From the NCBI GenBank assembly GCA_963770835.1, contig CAVYRH010000026.1:480001-544000 (forward strand): DNA of 64,000 bases, read 5' to 3'. A model generated the notes under the pieces. It was not told the DNA's origin and searched no databases. It saw only the letters and a list, made by a program, of their open reading frames with translations. This DNA comes from an uncultured Pseudomonadota bacterium. GTDB taxonomy: Bacteria; Oederibacteriota; Muellerivitia; Muellerivitales; Muellerivitaceae. A program made the position numbers and the translations under genes. Of the stretch, positions 38,927 through 48,875 are shown piece by piece (within the stretch, counting starts at the first letter, position 1; each line of letters begins with the position of its first letter).

Positions 38927-40525
38927 TCACGCAGGCACTGCGATTCGGAGCCTCGGGTCGCCTTCCCTTTCCAGTTTCTCTATGTCCACCTTGAGGCGGT
39001 CCAGGATGACATCCCGGAATTTCTGGAAGTGCAGGTAAAGGGCCATCAGGGAAAGCGCATCCCGGAAGGCCCCGGGGTTCTTCCATAGGGTGATCGCCAG
39101 TGTTTTCCAATAGTGGTAGCCCGTGGAAAGTTTGGCCATCATTTGGGCGGAAAGGAAGAAAAGGGCCCGCAGGTCATTGAAGATGTTCAAAGGGTTAAAA
39201 TGCTGGCGTCTTTTCCTGGCGTTGAGCATCAGGCAGCTGCGCTGTACCCGGCCGAAGTAGTTCTTAGGCGTGAGGACTTCCTTCACGACCCGCCCGTAAT
39301 CCTTGAGGATGTCCAGCCGGGGCCGGGTCGTTATAAAGTTGAGCCCGCTGATGCATTGGTCGCCCGTGGAGTCCATGGGGGTCTCGAAACCCTCATCCAG
39401 GCGGCCCTCTTTCTTCAGGCGCCGCGTGAGCTGGGTATTGGGCACGGCCATCATCAGTCCCACCATGTTGACCGCGATGTTGGTGGCCTCGATGTTGTCC
39501 AAGATCCTTTGGGCCACGTCGCCCTGCTCCCCGTCGAAGCCCACGATATAGCCCGCCATCACGATCATGCCGTGCTGGTTGACCCTGTGGATGCTCTCAG
39601 CGATGGAGCGGTGGGTGTTCTGGCGCTTCTGGGTCATGATCAGGGTGGCCACGTCGGGCGTTTCAATGCCGGTGAAAAGCCAGGTGAAGCCCGCCTCCTC
39701 CATGAGGTCCATCAGTTCGTCGTCGTCGGCAAGGTTTAGGGAGGCCTCGGTGCTGAAGTCGAATGGCCAGTTGTGGGCTTTCTGCCACTCAATCATGGCC
39801 GGAAGCAGGACCTTGACGGCCTTCTTGTTGCCGATGAAGTTGTCATCCACGATGCCCACCTGGCCCCGGTAGCCCAAGTCGTAGATGGCCTGGAGCTCGG
39901 TCTGCAATTGGGTGATGGTCTTGCCCCGGGGAACGCGGCCGAAGAGTTCGATGATGTCGCAGAACTCGCACATGAAGGGGCAGCCGCGGTTCCATTGGAT
40001 GCTCAGGTTGAGGTAATTGGAGAATTTTAAAAGGTCAAAACGGGGCGTGGGGGAAGTCTTCATATCGGCCTTCCGTTCGCCCGCCTCGTAGCGGTGGCGG
40101 GCCTGGCCCGCCTGGTAATCGGCCAGGAATTCTGGCAGGGTCACTTCCGCCTCGCCCAAAACTAGGTGGCTGGCCCGGTCATAGAGATGGGGGCTCGAGG
40201 TGGCGTCGGGGCCACCGATAATGACGGTTTTCCCCAGGCCGCGGAAATAATCGATGAGGCGCAGGTGTTCCTTTTGCTGGAAAATCTGGCCGCCGATGAA
40301 GATTAGGTCGGCCCATTCCACGCTTTTGGCGTTCATGTCCTCGACGTTCAAGTCATTCAAACGGACTTCCCAGGAGGGCGGCAGCATGGCCGCCACCGTG
40401 GTGAGGCCCAAAGGGGCCTCGGGGTACTTGGCGCCGACCAGCTCGCAGGCGTCGATGAAATTCCAGAAGGATTGGGAGGTGAAGCGGGGATAAACGAATA
40501 AACAATGGGGGGAAACAGGGTTCAT
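38927..40525 (-). CDS. B12-binding radical SAM protein (HpnP/DUF4070-like)
   Basis: PLGLTTVAAMLP, GGPDATS, RGCPFMCEFCDII, VDDNFIGN, GIETPD. Confidence 0.92.
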   Translation of the reverse strand: MNPVSPHCLFVYPRFTSQSFWNFIDACELVGAKYPEAPLGLTTVAAMLPPSWEVRLNDLNVEDMNAKSVEWADLIFIGGQIFQQKEHLRLIDYFRGLGKTVIIGGPDATSSPHLYDRASHLVLGEAEVTLPEFLADYQAGQARHRYEAGERKADMKTSPTPRFDLLKFSNYLNLSIQWNRGCPFMCEFCDIIELFGRVPRGKTITQLQTELQAIYDLGYRGQVGIVDDNFIGNKKAVKVLLPAMIEWQKAHNWPFDFSTEASLNLADDDELMDLMEEAGFTWLFTGIETPDVATLIMTQKRQNTHRSIAESIHRVNQHGMIVMAGYIVGFDGEQGDVAQRILDNIEATNIAVNMVGLMMAVPNTQLTRRLKKEGRLDEGFETPMDSTGDQCISGLNFITTRPRLDILKDYGRVVKEVLTPKNYFGRVQRSCLMLNARKRRQHFNPLNIFNDLRALFFLSAQMMAKLSTGYHYWKTLAITLWKNPGAFRDALSLMALYLHFQKFRDVILDRLKVDIEKLEREGDPRLRIAVPA

Positions 40526-40930
40526 GCCGGATCCTTTTAAAAAGTTAAGAGGGCTGAGGGAACGCAAAGGATCCGGCACGAAACAACGGGCTTGATCAGG
40601 ACTCAACAACCGACTTTTAATTCATGTCACATTTCAAGCATAGGGAAATTCCAGGGCAGATGTAAGGGTAGTCCGGGATAAAAAAGGGGGGAAATGGGAC
40701 GTCCCTTTACCCAACACGCTCAAATTAGCGTAAAAGTGCAAAAAAGCGTGTCTTCCTGGAAAGAAAAGCCCTTTTGTGTAAAAAGATAAAATCAAAAAGG
40801 TTTTTCCTGGGATTTTCTGAGGGCTATCATTTTGAGAGGGGTGGATCCAGATCCAGTGATGAAAGATGGGCTTCGGGAACAACAACCCATTGAGAACCCA
40901 ATATCGTCCGGAATTTTGCTTTCGAAAAGC

Positions 40931-41269
40931 TTACTCGGGAAGCCCCGTTTTGTTTTCCACGATTGCGCAAAAGAGGTTGTAGAAGTATTCCCTTTGCCCC
41001 GGATTTTTCAGGTTCTTTTCGTAGAGACGGACCAAGTCGTTGATGACGTCGAGGTTTTTGTGGGCCAACTGGTGGGCGCGAAGCAGGCATTTTTCCGCGT
41101 CCCGGAGTGTGTATTTGGATTGGGGGGCGAGCTGGATGAGCGAAGCTTTCTGTTTCAAGAACCCAATGTTTTTGGGGCTTTTCACGAGCGCCGCATCCAC
41201 CAATCTCAAGGCTTCAAGGTAGTTTTCGGCAAGACAGAGATTTTCCAATCCCGGTAGTTCCTGATCCAT
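40931..41269 (-). CDS. Hypothetical TPR-like protein
   Basis: Helical TPR-like pattern (NYLEALRLVDAALVKSP); AGGAG RBS. Confidence 0.55.
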   Translation of the reverse strand: MDQELPGLENLCLAENYLEALRLVDAALVKSPKNIGFLKQKASLIQLAPQSKYTLRDAEKCLLRAHQLAHKNLDVINDLVRLYEKNLKNPGQREYFYNLFCAIVENKTGLPE

Positions 41270-41700
41270 GTGACTTCTCCTCACTTCATCGATCGGTACT
41301 TGAAATAGGGAAGGCGAAAATCGATTTTTTTAAAAAATATGTCCAACCGGGGGTATTATTATTCGATTTCGCGATAAACGTCAAATTAACATCGGTAAAG
41401 ATGTGGTAAAGGGGAAGGGTTTATCTTAAAGAAGCCCGAAATCCGTCTCAAAAAGAAGGCGGAGTGTTAGAACCAGACAGGTTTTAGACTCTTCTATGGC
41501 TTGAAAAGTTCTTCACGACTTTTATTTCGAAACGACCCTGTTCCCAGCAGCACCCCTTTGGGTCCTGCCGGGTGAACCGGGGCCTGCAGGCTAAGCCCAA
41601 TTTGACCGCCCTTGCGGATGAAACTAGCGTTCCCGAAGAATTTCGAAAGGAGTATTATTTGGGGCGGGTTGGACCAAGATCCGTTTATGAAAGGCACTCC

Positions 41701-43032
41701 ATGAAAAAAGAACCGGTTAATCATTCGGCCGTCCTCCGGCCCGCGCTCTCCCGAAAGACTTTTATGGTCCTCCTCGTTTCCTCGGGTGTTCTCCTGGTCG
41801 GGATCGTTTGGCTCATCTCCCTGCTGCACCCTCTCCCGCCCCACAGGATCACGATGGCCACGGGTCCGGATGGGAGCTCCTACGCTTATTACGGAAAACG
41901 CTACAAGATCCTTCTCGCCAAGTCGGGTATCGAGGTAAAACTGGTCCCCACCGCCGGGGGCGTGGAGAACCTCAAGTTCCTGCGCGACCCGAACTCAGGG
42001 ATTGACACGGGGTTCGTGGAGGGAGGAGTGGCCACCGAGGACGACTCACCGGCCCTCGTTTCACTGGGAACCCTAGGGTATGAACCCCTGTTTTTCTTCT
42101 CACACAAACTGGCAACGGACCGGGTGCTGTACGAACTCCTGGGAAAACGCGTCGCGGTGGGGCCGGAGGGAAGCGATTCCCGCGCGCTGGTGGAGGAGCT
42201 GCTGAAGCGCAACTCGAAGGACTTGGGGGCTTTCCAAGCCCTGAACCTCTCCCCGGAGGAGGCCACGGACCAATTGTTGAAAGGCCAGATTGACGCGGCC
42301 ATCCTTATGACGAGCTGGGGGTCACCCCTCATCCACAAGCTTGTCACCGCCCCGGGCATCGACCTGGCCAACTTCAAGCGGGCCGACGCCTATACAGCCC
42401 TATTCCCCTCCCTTTATAAGCGGGTGATCCCGGAGGGCGCGGCGGATTTGGACAGTGACCGGCCGCCCCACGATACGACCCTGCTGGCCACCAAGACCAG
42501 CTTGATCGTGCGGGGAAACCTGCACCCGGCCCTGCAGTATCTTTTGCTGGAAGCCGCCTCCGAGATCCATTCCCGGGCCGGGGTATTGCAGAAGGCCGGC
42601 GAGTTCCCGGCGCCGGAGGCACTGGAAATATCCCTTAGCTCCGACGCGAGGCATTACTACAAGTCCGGTAAACCCTTTCTCCAGCGTTACATGCCCTTTT
42701 GGCTGGCCGCACTGGTGGAGCAATTGGTGGTAGTGCTGATCCCCTTGGTGGGCCTCATGTATCCCCTGGGGAAGGGCCTGGCGTCGTTGTACGGATGGGG
42801 CATGCAGCGGAAGATTTACTTGATTTACGGCGAACTCAATTTTTTGGAATTGGAAATCAACAAACTGGGGAACCGGCCCCCGACGGAGGAAATCCTGACC
42901 CACTTGAAGCACCTAGAGGACCGGACCAACCGGGTGCGGGTCTCCTCGACCTATATCCCGATGCTCTACAACCTGAAGGAAACCCTGGCTTATGTTCGAT
43001 CCCGCTTGGAAAATCAGGGGCACGCCAAGTAA
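41701..43032 (+). CDS. TAXI-family solute-binding protein with N- and C-terminal TM segments
   Basis: MATGPDGSSY, TAGGVENL, GKRVAVGPEGS, LHPALQYLLL, PFLQRYMPFW. Confidence 0.85.
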   Translation: MKKEPVNHSAVLRPALSRKTFMVLLVSSGVLLVGIVWLISLLHPLPPHRITMATGPDGSSYAYYGKRYKILLAKSGIEVKLVPTAGGVENLKFLRDPNSGIDTGFVEGGVATEDDSPALVSLGTLGYEPLFFFSHKLATDRVLYELLGKRVAVGPEGSDSRALVEELLKRNSKDLGAFQALNLSPEEATDQLLKGQIDAAILMTSWGSPLIHKLVTAPGIDLANFKRADAYTALFPSLYKRVIPEGAADLDSDRPPHDTTLLATKTSLIVRGNLHPALQYLLLEAASEIHSRAGVLQKAGEFPAPEALEISLSSDARHYYKSGKPFLQRYMPFWLAALVEQLVVVLIPLVGLMYPLGKGLASLYGWGMQRKIYLIYGELNFLELEINKLGNRPPTEEILTHLKHLEDRTNRVRVSSTYIPMLYNLKETLAYVRSRLENQGHAK

Positions 43033-43043
43033 AGCCGGAAATA

Positions 43044-43097
43044 ATTAACCTATCGCTTAATAGTTTTCTTGACAATTAAGCTATTGCTTAATAATAT
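43044..43097 (+). promoter_or_regulatory. ArsR operators and sigma70 promoter
   Basis: ATTAACC-N4-GCTTAAT (43044-43061), ATTAAGC-N4-GCTTAAT (43075-43092), TTGACA-N17-TAATAT. Confidence 0.8.
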
Positions 43098-43103
43098 TCC
43101 CCT

Positions 43104-43436
43104 ATGAACCGCAGACCCGCCCACGAGGATGTTTTCCAGGCCATCGCCCACCCGGCCCGGCGCAAGCTGTTGGAGCTGTTGGAAAAAGGAGAATTGCCCG
43201 TAGGGGAACTGGCTAAGGATTTCCACGCCACCCCCCCCGCCCTATCCCAGCACCTCACGGTCCTGAAGAAAGCGGGCCTGGTGCGGGAACGCCGGGAAGG
43301 GCGCCAGCGCGTTTACCAGCTGACTCCGGAACCGTTAAGGGAAGTTTCCGAATGGGTCTCGTCCCACAAGACTTATTGGGCCGTGAAGCTGTCGGCTTTG
43401 GGGGAATTTTTGAGGAGGAAGCATGGCCAAGATTGA
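43104..43436 (+). CDS. ArsR/SmtB family transcriptional regulator
   Basis: FQAIAHPARRKLL, ALSQHLTVLKKAGLV, GRQRVYQL. Confidence 0.93.
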   Translation: MNRRPAHEDVFQAIAHPARRKLLELLEKGELPVGELAKDFHATPPALSQHLTVLKKAGLVRERREGRQRVYQLTPEPLREVSEWVSSHKTYWAVKLSALGEFLRRKHGQD

Positions 43437-43905
43437 ACTGGAAGCCTTTTATCCCTATCCCATTGAGCATGTTTGGAGCGCCCTGACCGAGCCAGAGGCT
43501 TTGGAACAATGGCTCATGAGAAACGAGGGGTTCAAACCCGTGGCGGGGCAAAAGTTCAAATTCTTCGCCAAGCCTGTGATGGGCTGGGACGGTACCGCCC
43601 GTTGCGAGATTTTGGAGATTGAGAAGCCCCACAAAATTCGTTGGAGCCAGGCCGGAAACGACGAGGGGAAAGACCCGTTTCTTATTACCTGGACGCTTAA
43701 GGAGGAGGGAAAGGGCACCCGCTTGACCCTTCTGCATGAAGGTATTCACGGTATCCGGGGCGTGCTCATCAAAAAGTTCATGGGGGATGGTTGGAAGCGC
43801 ATGTTCGATAAGCGCATTCCCCTGGTCCTGCAGTACGCCTCCCAAAACGGCTGGAGTAAGTTCCCGAAGGACCGGCGGCTTGTGGAAACGGACTGCCACG
43901 CTTAA
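43423..43905 (+). CDS. SRPBCC (AHSA1/START-like) domain protein
   Basis: VWSALTEPEALEQWLM, GTRLTLLH, GW; typical ArsR partner. Confidence 0.9.
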   Translation: MAKIELEAFYPYPIEHVWSALTEPEALEQWLMRNEGFKPVAGQKFKFFAKPVMGWDGTARCEILEIEKPHKIRWSQAGNDEGKDPFLITWTLKEEGKGTRLTLLHEGIHGIRGVLIKKFMGDGWKRMFDKRIPLVLQYASQNGWSKFPKDRRLVETDCHA

Positions 43906-43950
43906 AAGCCCCGGGTTGGACTTTAAGGCGCTTTATTGGAAAATAGGGCA

Positions 43951-44310
43951 ATGAAAAAAGCACTCCCAACCGTGGACGCTTATATCGCCAAATCCCCCAA
44001 AACGGCGCGGGACAAGCTGCGGGAGCTTCGCGAGGCCATCCGGAAGGCCGCCCCGGCGGCCAAGGAAAGCATCAGTTACCGGATGCCCTATTACGGCTAT
44101 AAGGGCCGCCTGGCTTATTTCGCACTAATGAAGAACCACATTGGGCTCTATATCCCGCCTCCCGTCCTGCAGGACCACTCCAGGGAGTTGAAAGGCTATA
44201 GCACCTCCAACAGCGCCACCGTCCGTTTTCCCCTGGATCGGAAACTTCCCCTCGCGCTCATCCGCAAGTTGGTCAAAGCCCGGATGAAATATAATGAGTC
44301 AAAAAAGTAG
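43951..44310 (+). CDS. DUF1801/YdhG-like protein
   Basis: VDAYIA, ESISYRMP, KNHIGLY, VRFPLDRKLP. Confidence 0.85.
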   Translation: MKKALPTVDAYIAKSPKTARDKLRELREAIRKAAPAAKESISYRMPYYGYKGRLAYFALMKNHIGLYIPPPVLQDHSRELKGYSTSNSATVRFPLDRKLPLALIRKLVKARMKYNESKK

Positions 44311-44318
44311 ATCTTTCT

Positions 44319-45284
44319 TTAGGCTGGCCAAATCTTCCGGCCCCCACCAACGGGCGTAACGGTCTCCAACTTTCTCAAATCCTCGGTGGTTAAAAAGGGC
44401 AGGAGACCGGCGGAAACATTAGCTTCCACCTGCTTCGGGTTCTTGGCCCCGGGAATGACCACCGACACGGCCGGATGAGCGAGTGTGAATTGAAGGGCCA
44501 GTTGGGCCAGGGTCTTGCCCGCCGCAAGGGGCTTCAATTTTTCCACTTTTCCCAAGTCTTCCATGAAAATCTTGTTCTGGTCGGGTTTTTCAATCCAGTT
44601 GCGGCGGAAATCGCCCTGCTCAAACTGCGAGTCCTTGTTGAATTTTCCGGCCAGGAGGCCCATCGCCAGGGGCCCCCGGATGACCAGGCCGATGTTTTCC
44701 TTGGCGCAGTAGGGCAGGATGTCCGCCTCGGGGGTGCGGTTCAGGATACTGTAATCGATCTGCACCACCGAACAGCCGCCGTTGGCGTTAAACTTCTTCA
44801 AGTACTCGAAATCGCTAGTGCTGACCCCGTAGCCTTTCAGCTTCCCTTGCTTTTGCAGTTTACCGAAGCCCTCGACGAAAATAGGCATGGTGGATTCGGA
44901 AAAGTTGATGTGGTCGAAAATGATATCCAAGTAATCGGTCTGCAGGCGCTTCAGGTTAGATTCCACCCCGGCGATAAGCTTGTCCACCGTGGTGTAGGCA
45001 CTATGGCCGTCATTGAAACCCCTCCAGCCGATCTTGGTGGAAACCACGAATTCTTCCCGCCGCCCCTTCATGGCCTTCCCCAGCAGTTCCTCGCTGTGCC
45101 CGTCGCCGTAAACGTCGGAGGTGTCGAAGAAATTCACGCCCATTTCCAGGGCCTTCTCGATGGCCTCCAGGCTTTCCTTGTCGTCGGCGTTGCCCCATTC
45201 GGAACCCTGGACGGCCCAGAGGCCCAGGCCGATTTCGGCCACGGAAATATCGGTTTTTCCCAAAATCCTTTGCCGCAACGGCAT
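44319..45284 (-). CDS. Aldo/keto reductase
   Basis: FFDTSDVYGDGHSEELLG, LKRLQTDYLD, VIPGAKNPKQV. Confidence 0.95.
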   Translation of the reverse strand: MPLRQRILGKTDISVAEIGLGLWAVQGSEWGNADDKESLEAIEKALEMGVNFFDTSDVYGDGHSEELLGKAMKGRREEFVVSTKIGWRGFNDGHSAYTTVDKLIAGVESNLKRLQTDYLDIIFDHINFSESTMPIFVEGFGKLQKQGKLKGYGVSTSDFEYLKKFNANGGCSVVQIDYSILNRTPEADILPYCAKENIGLVIRGPLAMGLLAGKFNKDSQFEQGDFRRNWIEKPDQNKIFMEDLGKVEKLKPLAAGKTLAQLALQFTLAHPAVSVVIPGAKNPKQVEANVSAGLLPFLTTEDLRKLETVTPVGGGRKIWPA

Positions 45285-45365
45285 AAGCGCTCCCTGTTGG
45301 TTTATCCGGCGGGTTCAAAAATGGCCATTTGAAGTGCCTAAACGTCCGAGGTTTTCAGGAAAAGG

Positions 45366-46646
45366 CTACTTCCTCGCCTCAATGGCCACGTAGGGCCTTT
45401 GGGTCGGACCCTGGTAAACCTGCCGGGGGCGGTTAATGCGGGTGTGACTGTCGTGCCGCATCTCACGCCAATGGGCCAGCCATCCAGGCACGCGGCCGAT
45501 GGCGAACAACACGGTGAACATATTGACGGGGAAGCCCGCCGCTTTGAGGATCAATCCGGAATAAAAATCCACGTTGGGGTAAAGCTTGCGGCTGAGGAAA
45601 TAGTCGTCTTTCAAGGCGATTTCCTCCAGCTTCAGGGCGATGTCGAAGGCCGGGTCATTTAGCCCCGGCTTCTTCAACAGCGAGTGGCACAGCCCCTTGA
45701 TGATCTTGGCGCGGGGGTCGAAGTTCTTGTAGACCCGGTGGCCGAAGCCCATGAGCTTGCCCTTATTGTTCTTGATGGCGTCCACGAAGGCCGTGGGGGA
45801 AGTTTTGGTGTCGCGCAACTGTTCCAGCATCTCGATGACTTCCTGGTTGGCCCCGCCGTGCAGTTTACCCCACAGCGCGCTGATGCCCGCCCCGATGACC
45901 GCGTAGATATTGGCCAGGCTGGAGCCGGCCATGCGCACGGTGGAAGTGCTGCAGTTCTGCTCGTGGTCGGCGGAAAGCAGGAAGAACATGTCGAGGGCCT
46001 GCACCACATCCGGGTCCAATTCATAGTCCCGCACGGGCGAGGCGAACATCATGTTCAGGAAGTTCTCCACGAACTTCAGCTTGTTGGAAGGGTACACAAT
46101 GGGCTCGCCGATGGACTTCTTATAGGAGAAGGCCGCGATGGTCCGGATCTGGGACATCAGGTTGGCGATGATGATTTCCTCATCCCCCGGATCCAGGGTG
46201 TCCTTGACGGGGTAGAAGGCCGAAAGAGAAGCTACCACGCTGGTCAGGATGGCCATGGGATGGGCGCCTTTCGGGTAGCCCGTGAAGAAGTGCAGCATGT
46301 CCTCGTGGATGAGGGAGGATTTGTTCAGCCTCTCGGAAAAGGAACTCAATTGGCCCTTGTTCGGCAATTCGCCGTACATAAGTAGGTAGGCAGTTTCGGT
46401 GAAGAAAGACTTCTCGGCCAGGTCCTCAATAGGGATGCCGCGGTAGCGCAGGATGCCCTTGTCGCCGTCGATGAAGGTGATGGAGCTCTGGCAGGCGCCC
46501 GTGTTGCCATAGCCGTTGTCCAGGGTGATATAGCCGCTGTCGGCACGCAAAGTAGAGATGTCGATGGCTTTTTCGCCTTCCGAGCCAACGATCACAGGAT
46601 ATTCGTATGTTTTTCCATCCAGGATAAGTTTCGCTTTGTCGGGCAT
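45366..46646 (-). CDS. gltA: Citrate synthase
   Basis: DGDKGILRYRG, ADHEQNCST, LHGGANQEV, GFGHRVYK, YPNVDFYSG. Confidence 0.98.
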   Translation of the reverse strand: MPDKAKLILDGKTYEYPVIVGSEGEKAIDISTLRADSGYITLDNGYGNTGACQSSITFIDGDKGILRYRGIPIEDLAEKSFFTETAYLLMYGELPNKGQLSSFSERLNKSSLIHEDMLHFFTGYPKGAHPMAILTSVVASLSAFYPVKDTLDPGDEEIIIANLMSQIRTIAAFSYKKSIGEPIVYPSNKLKFVENFLNMMFASPVRDYELDPDVVQALDMFFLLSADHEQNCSTSTVRMAGSSLANIYAVIGAGISALWGKLHGGANQEVIEMLEQLRDTKTSPTAFVDAIKNNKGKLMGFGHRVYKNFDPRAKIIKGLCHSLLKKPGLNDPAFDIALKLEEIALKDDYFLSRKLYPNVDFYSGLILKAAGFPVNMFTVLFAIGRVPGWLAHWREMRHDSHTRINRPRQVYQGPTQRPYVAIEARK

Positions 46647-46807
46647 GACGGCCACCTCCACCGGACGGGTCCGGGTTGTTGATAGGGGATTCTAGGAAAA
46701 ATTACACAAATAAAACAGAAACTTTTGAAAAAATCCGTCGGTCCAAGGCCGCCTCTTAACGTGATTGACACTGGCACTTTACCGGTCTTTCGATTTAAAT
46801 AACGGTC

Positions 46808-47383
46808 ATGAAAGCTTTCCAACCGCTCATCCTGTTTTTTTTCCTTTTGGCACTGGGGGTCCCAGACGCGGATTTCGCCGGCACCGAAACCACCGCTTTT
46901 CCTCCCAATCAACCCATTGAAACCCGGGTGGACCTTGGTTTTTTGGACCTTTTTGGAGGCGGCCTGAACTACTCGGTGGAAGGGAAACCCATTCGCCGCT
47001 ACGAGGATTTCAGGGACCTGATTTACCCCCTGCGGGATGAAGAAGCTTCCCGGTTCATCCGGGACGCCCAGGAGGAGCATTTTGCCGCCTGGATGTTGTA
47101 TGTTTCCGGCGCGGCCGCCGGAGTGGACGTGGCCTTGGTCTTCAAGCCCGTGCCTCTCCTGAGGGTGGATTGGTTTGACCGGGTCGCCACAGGGGCGGTG
47201 GCCGCGGAGGTTTTCTGGACCGCCGGGGTGCTTTTGGACCAAGCCGCTGAGGGGCGAAAATACAATGCCGTCCAGCGCTACAACCAGCTGATCCAAAAAA
47301 AGAACGAGGCGTTTCTCGAGCTGAAGCCCCAAGTGACCCTGGCCCAAGAGGGCCCCCGGCTGGGCTTGAGCTGCGACTTTTAA
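46808..47383 (+). CDS. Hypothetical exported/membrane protein
   Basis: Signal-like N-terminus, hydrophobic segments, AVQRYN motif, C-terminal F. Confidence 0.55.
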   Translation: MKAFQPLILFFFLLALGVPDADFAGTETTAFPPNQPIETRVDLGFLDLFGGGLNYSVEGKPIRRYEDFRDLIYPLRDEEASRFIRDAQEEHFAAWMLYVSGAAAGVDVALVFKPVPLLRVDWFDRVATGAVAAEVFWTAGVLLDQAAEGRKYNAVQRYNQLIQKKNEAFLELKPQVTLAQEGPRLGLSCDF

Positions 47384-47385
47384 CC

Positions 47386-48855
47386 ATGAGAACCTGCCCT
47401 AAAATTCCCCGGTTCCTCTTCGGGCCGATTCTTTTCCTGGCTGCTTCCTGCCTTGGGGCCGGCCCCGCCGAAAACACTTCAGGAACCTGGGAAGGCTTAA
47501 TGGGGTCGGGGACCCACGCTTTTCGGGTAGCTTTTGTCCTGGAAGAGGGCCGGGGGGAATACCACAACATCGACGACGGCATCCATGGCGAACCTATGAC
47601 CCTGAAATGGGACGGGAAAAAACTCCACGCCCAAACCAACGGTGGAGGAACCCTGGAACTTCACCCCTCCCAGAATGGGAAATCCATGACTGGGGTTTTC
47701 CGGCAGGGAGAGGGGAAGGATTCCCAACAGAGCCTGGTGGGAAGGAACCAAAGCTACCCCGTCAGCCTTCATCCGGGGGAGGATTATCTCCATCCAAGGC
47801 TGGGACCCGATGGCCGTGAGCAAATCCACTATCAATACCTGTCCCCGGTTGAAATGACGGATGGTTGGAAAGCGGGAGACTTAAGGCAAAGCCGCGCGGA
47901 CCTACCCAAAATCGAAAGCGCTGTCCAGGGTATCCTTAAAGGCAAGTTCCCCTACATCCATAGTCTCTTGATGGTGAAAGACGGCAAGCTGGTTTTGGAT
48001 GAGTATTTTTACGGCTATGGCCCGGACGATCCGCACCCCGTCATGTCGATAACGAAGGATATCTTCTCCCTCTTGTTCGGCATCGGAGTGGGACAGGGAT
48101 TGGTCCAGCCCAACCAAAAGCTTTTCAATTATTTCTCCGACTACCGTTTTCGGCCGGGGTGGGACCCGGCCAAGGACCAAATCACTTTGGAATCCCTTCT
48201 CACGATGACGTCGGGCCTGGGCTGCGACGATTTCAAGGGTTCGAACGATTGCTCTTGGGCCATGGTCCAGTCCCCCGACTGGCTGGATTTTTCACTGAGC
48301 CTCCCGAATGAAAACAAACCGGGTTCCCATTTTGCCTATTGCGGCGCCTGCCTCTCGCCCTTGGGAGCGATCCTGGAAAAGCAAAGCGGCATGGAATTAT
48401 CCCAATACGCTCAGAAATTTCTGTTTGGTCCTATGGGGATCGAGAAGCCCCTTTGGTGGGAAGGACCGAGAGGTTTTCATTCGCCGGCCTTCGGCCTGGC
48501 TTTAAGGCCGCGGGACATGGCTAAAATCGGACTCCTGGTATTAAACAAAGGAGGCGGTCCCAACTGGAACCAAGTCGTCCCTAAAACCTGGATCGAGGAA
48601 TCAACAGCCCCCCATGTGTTATCCCCACGGACGGGGAAGGAAGCCGACTACGGTTATTTGTGGTGGGAAAGGGATGTCCAATGGCATGGAAAGAAACTTC
48701 ACGAGTTGGACGCTTGGGGTGTCGGAGGACAGCATATTTTCATCGTCCCAACCCTGAACCTGGTTTGTGTCCTGACCGGCGGCAATTATAAGGACGGAAA
48801 CTTGGCCAATAACAGCTTTAAGATTTTTCACCAAGTATTGGAAGCCATTCAATAA
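47386..48855 (+). CDS. Exported serine hydrolase (beta-lactamase/AmpC family)
   Basis: SITK, LLTMTSG, LRPRDMAKIG, YGYLWW, GVGGQHI. Confidence 0.92.
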   Translation: MRTCPKIPRFLFGPILFLAASCLGAGPAENTSGTWEGLMGSGTHAFRVAFVLEEGRGEYHNIDDGIHGEPMTLKWDGKKLHAQTNGGGTLELHPSQNGKSMTGVFRQGEGKDSQQSLVGRNQSYPVSLHPGEDYLHPRLGPDGREQIHYQYLSPVEMTDGWKAGDLRQSRADLPKIESAVQGILKGKFPYIHSLLMVKDGKLVLDEYFYGYGPDDPHPVMSITKDIFSLLFGIGVGQGLVQPNQKLFNYFSDYRFRPGWDPAKDQITLESLLTMTSGLGCDDFKGSNDCSWAMVQSPDWLDFSLSLPNENKPGSHFAYCGACLSPLGAILEKQSGMELSQYAQKFLFGPMGIEKPLWWEGPRGFHSPAFGLALRPRDMAKIGLLVLNKGGGPNWNQVVPKTWIEESTAPHVLSPRTGKEADYGYLWWERDVQWHGKKLHELDAWGVGGQHIFIVPTLNLVCVLTGGNYKDGNLANNSFKIFHQVLEAIQ

Positions 48856-48875
48856 AATTCGGGCATAATTAGTCC

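Noticed and set aside
38760..39110. Long N-terminal extension of the serine hydrolase ORF
   Set aside because: Overlaps the radical SAM gene and a repeat element; the signal-like peptide begins near 38759
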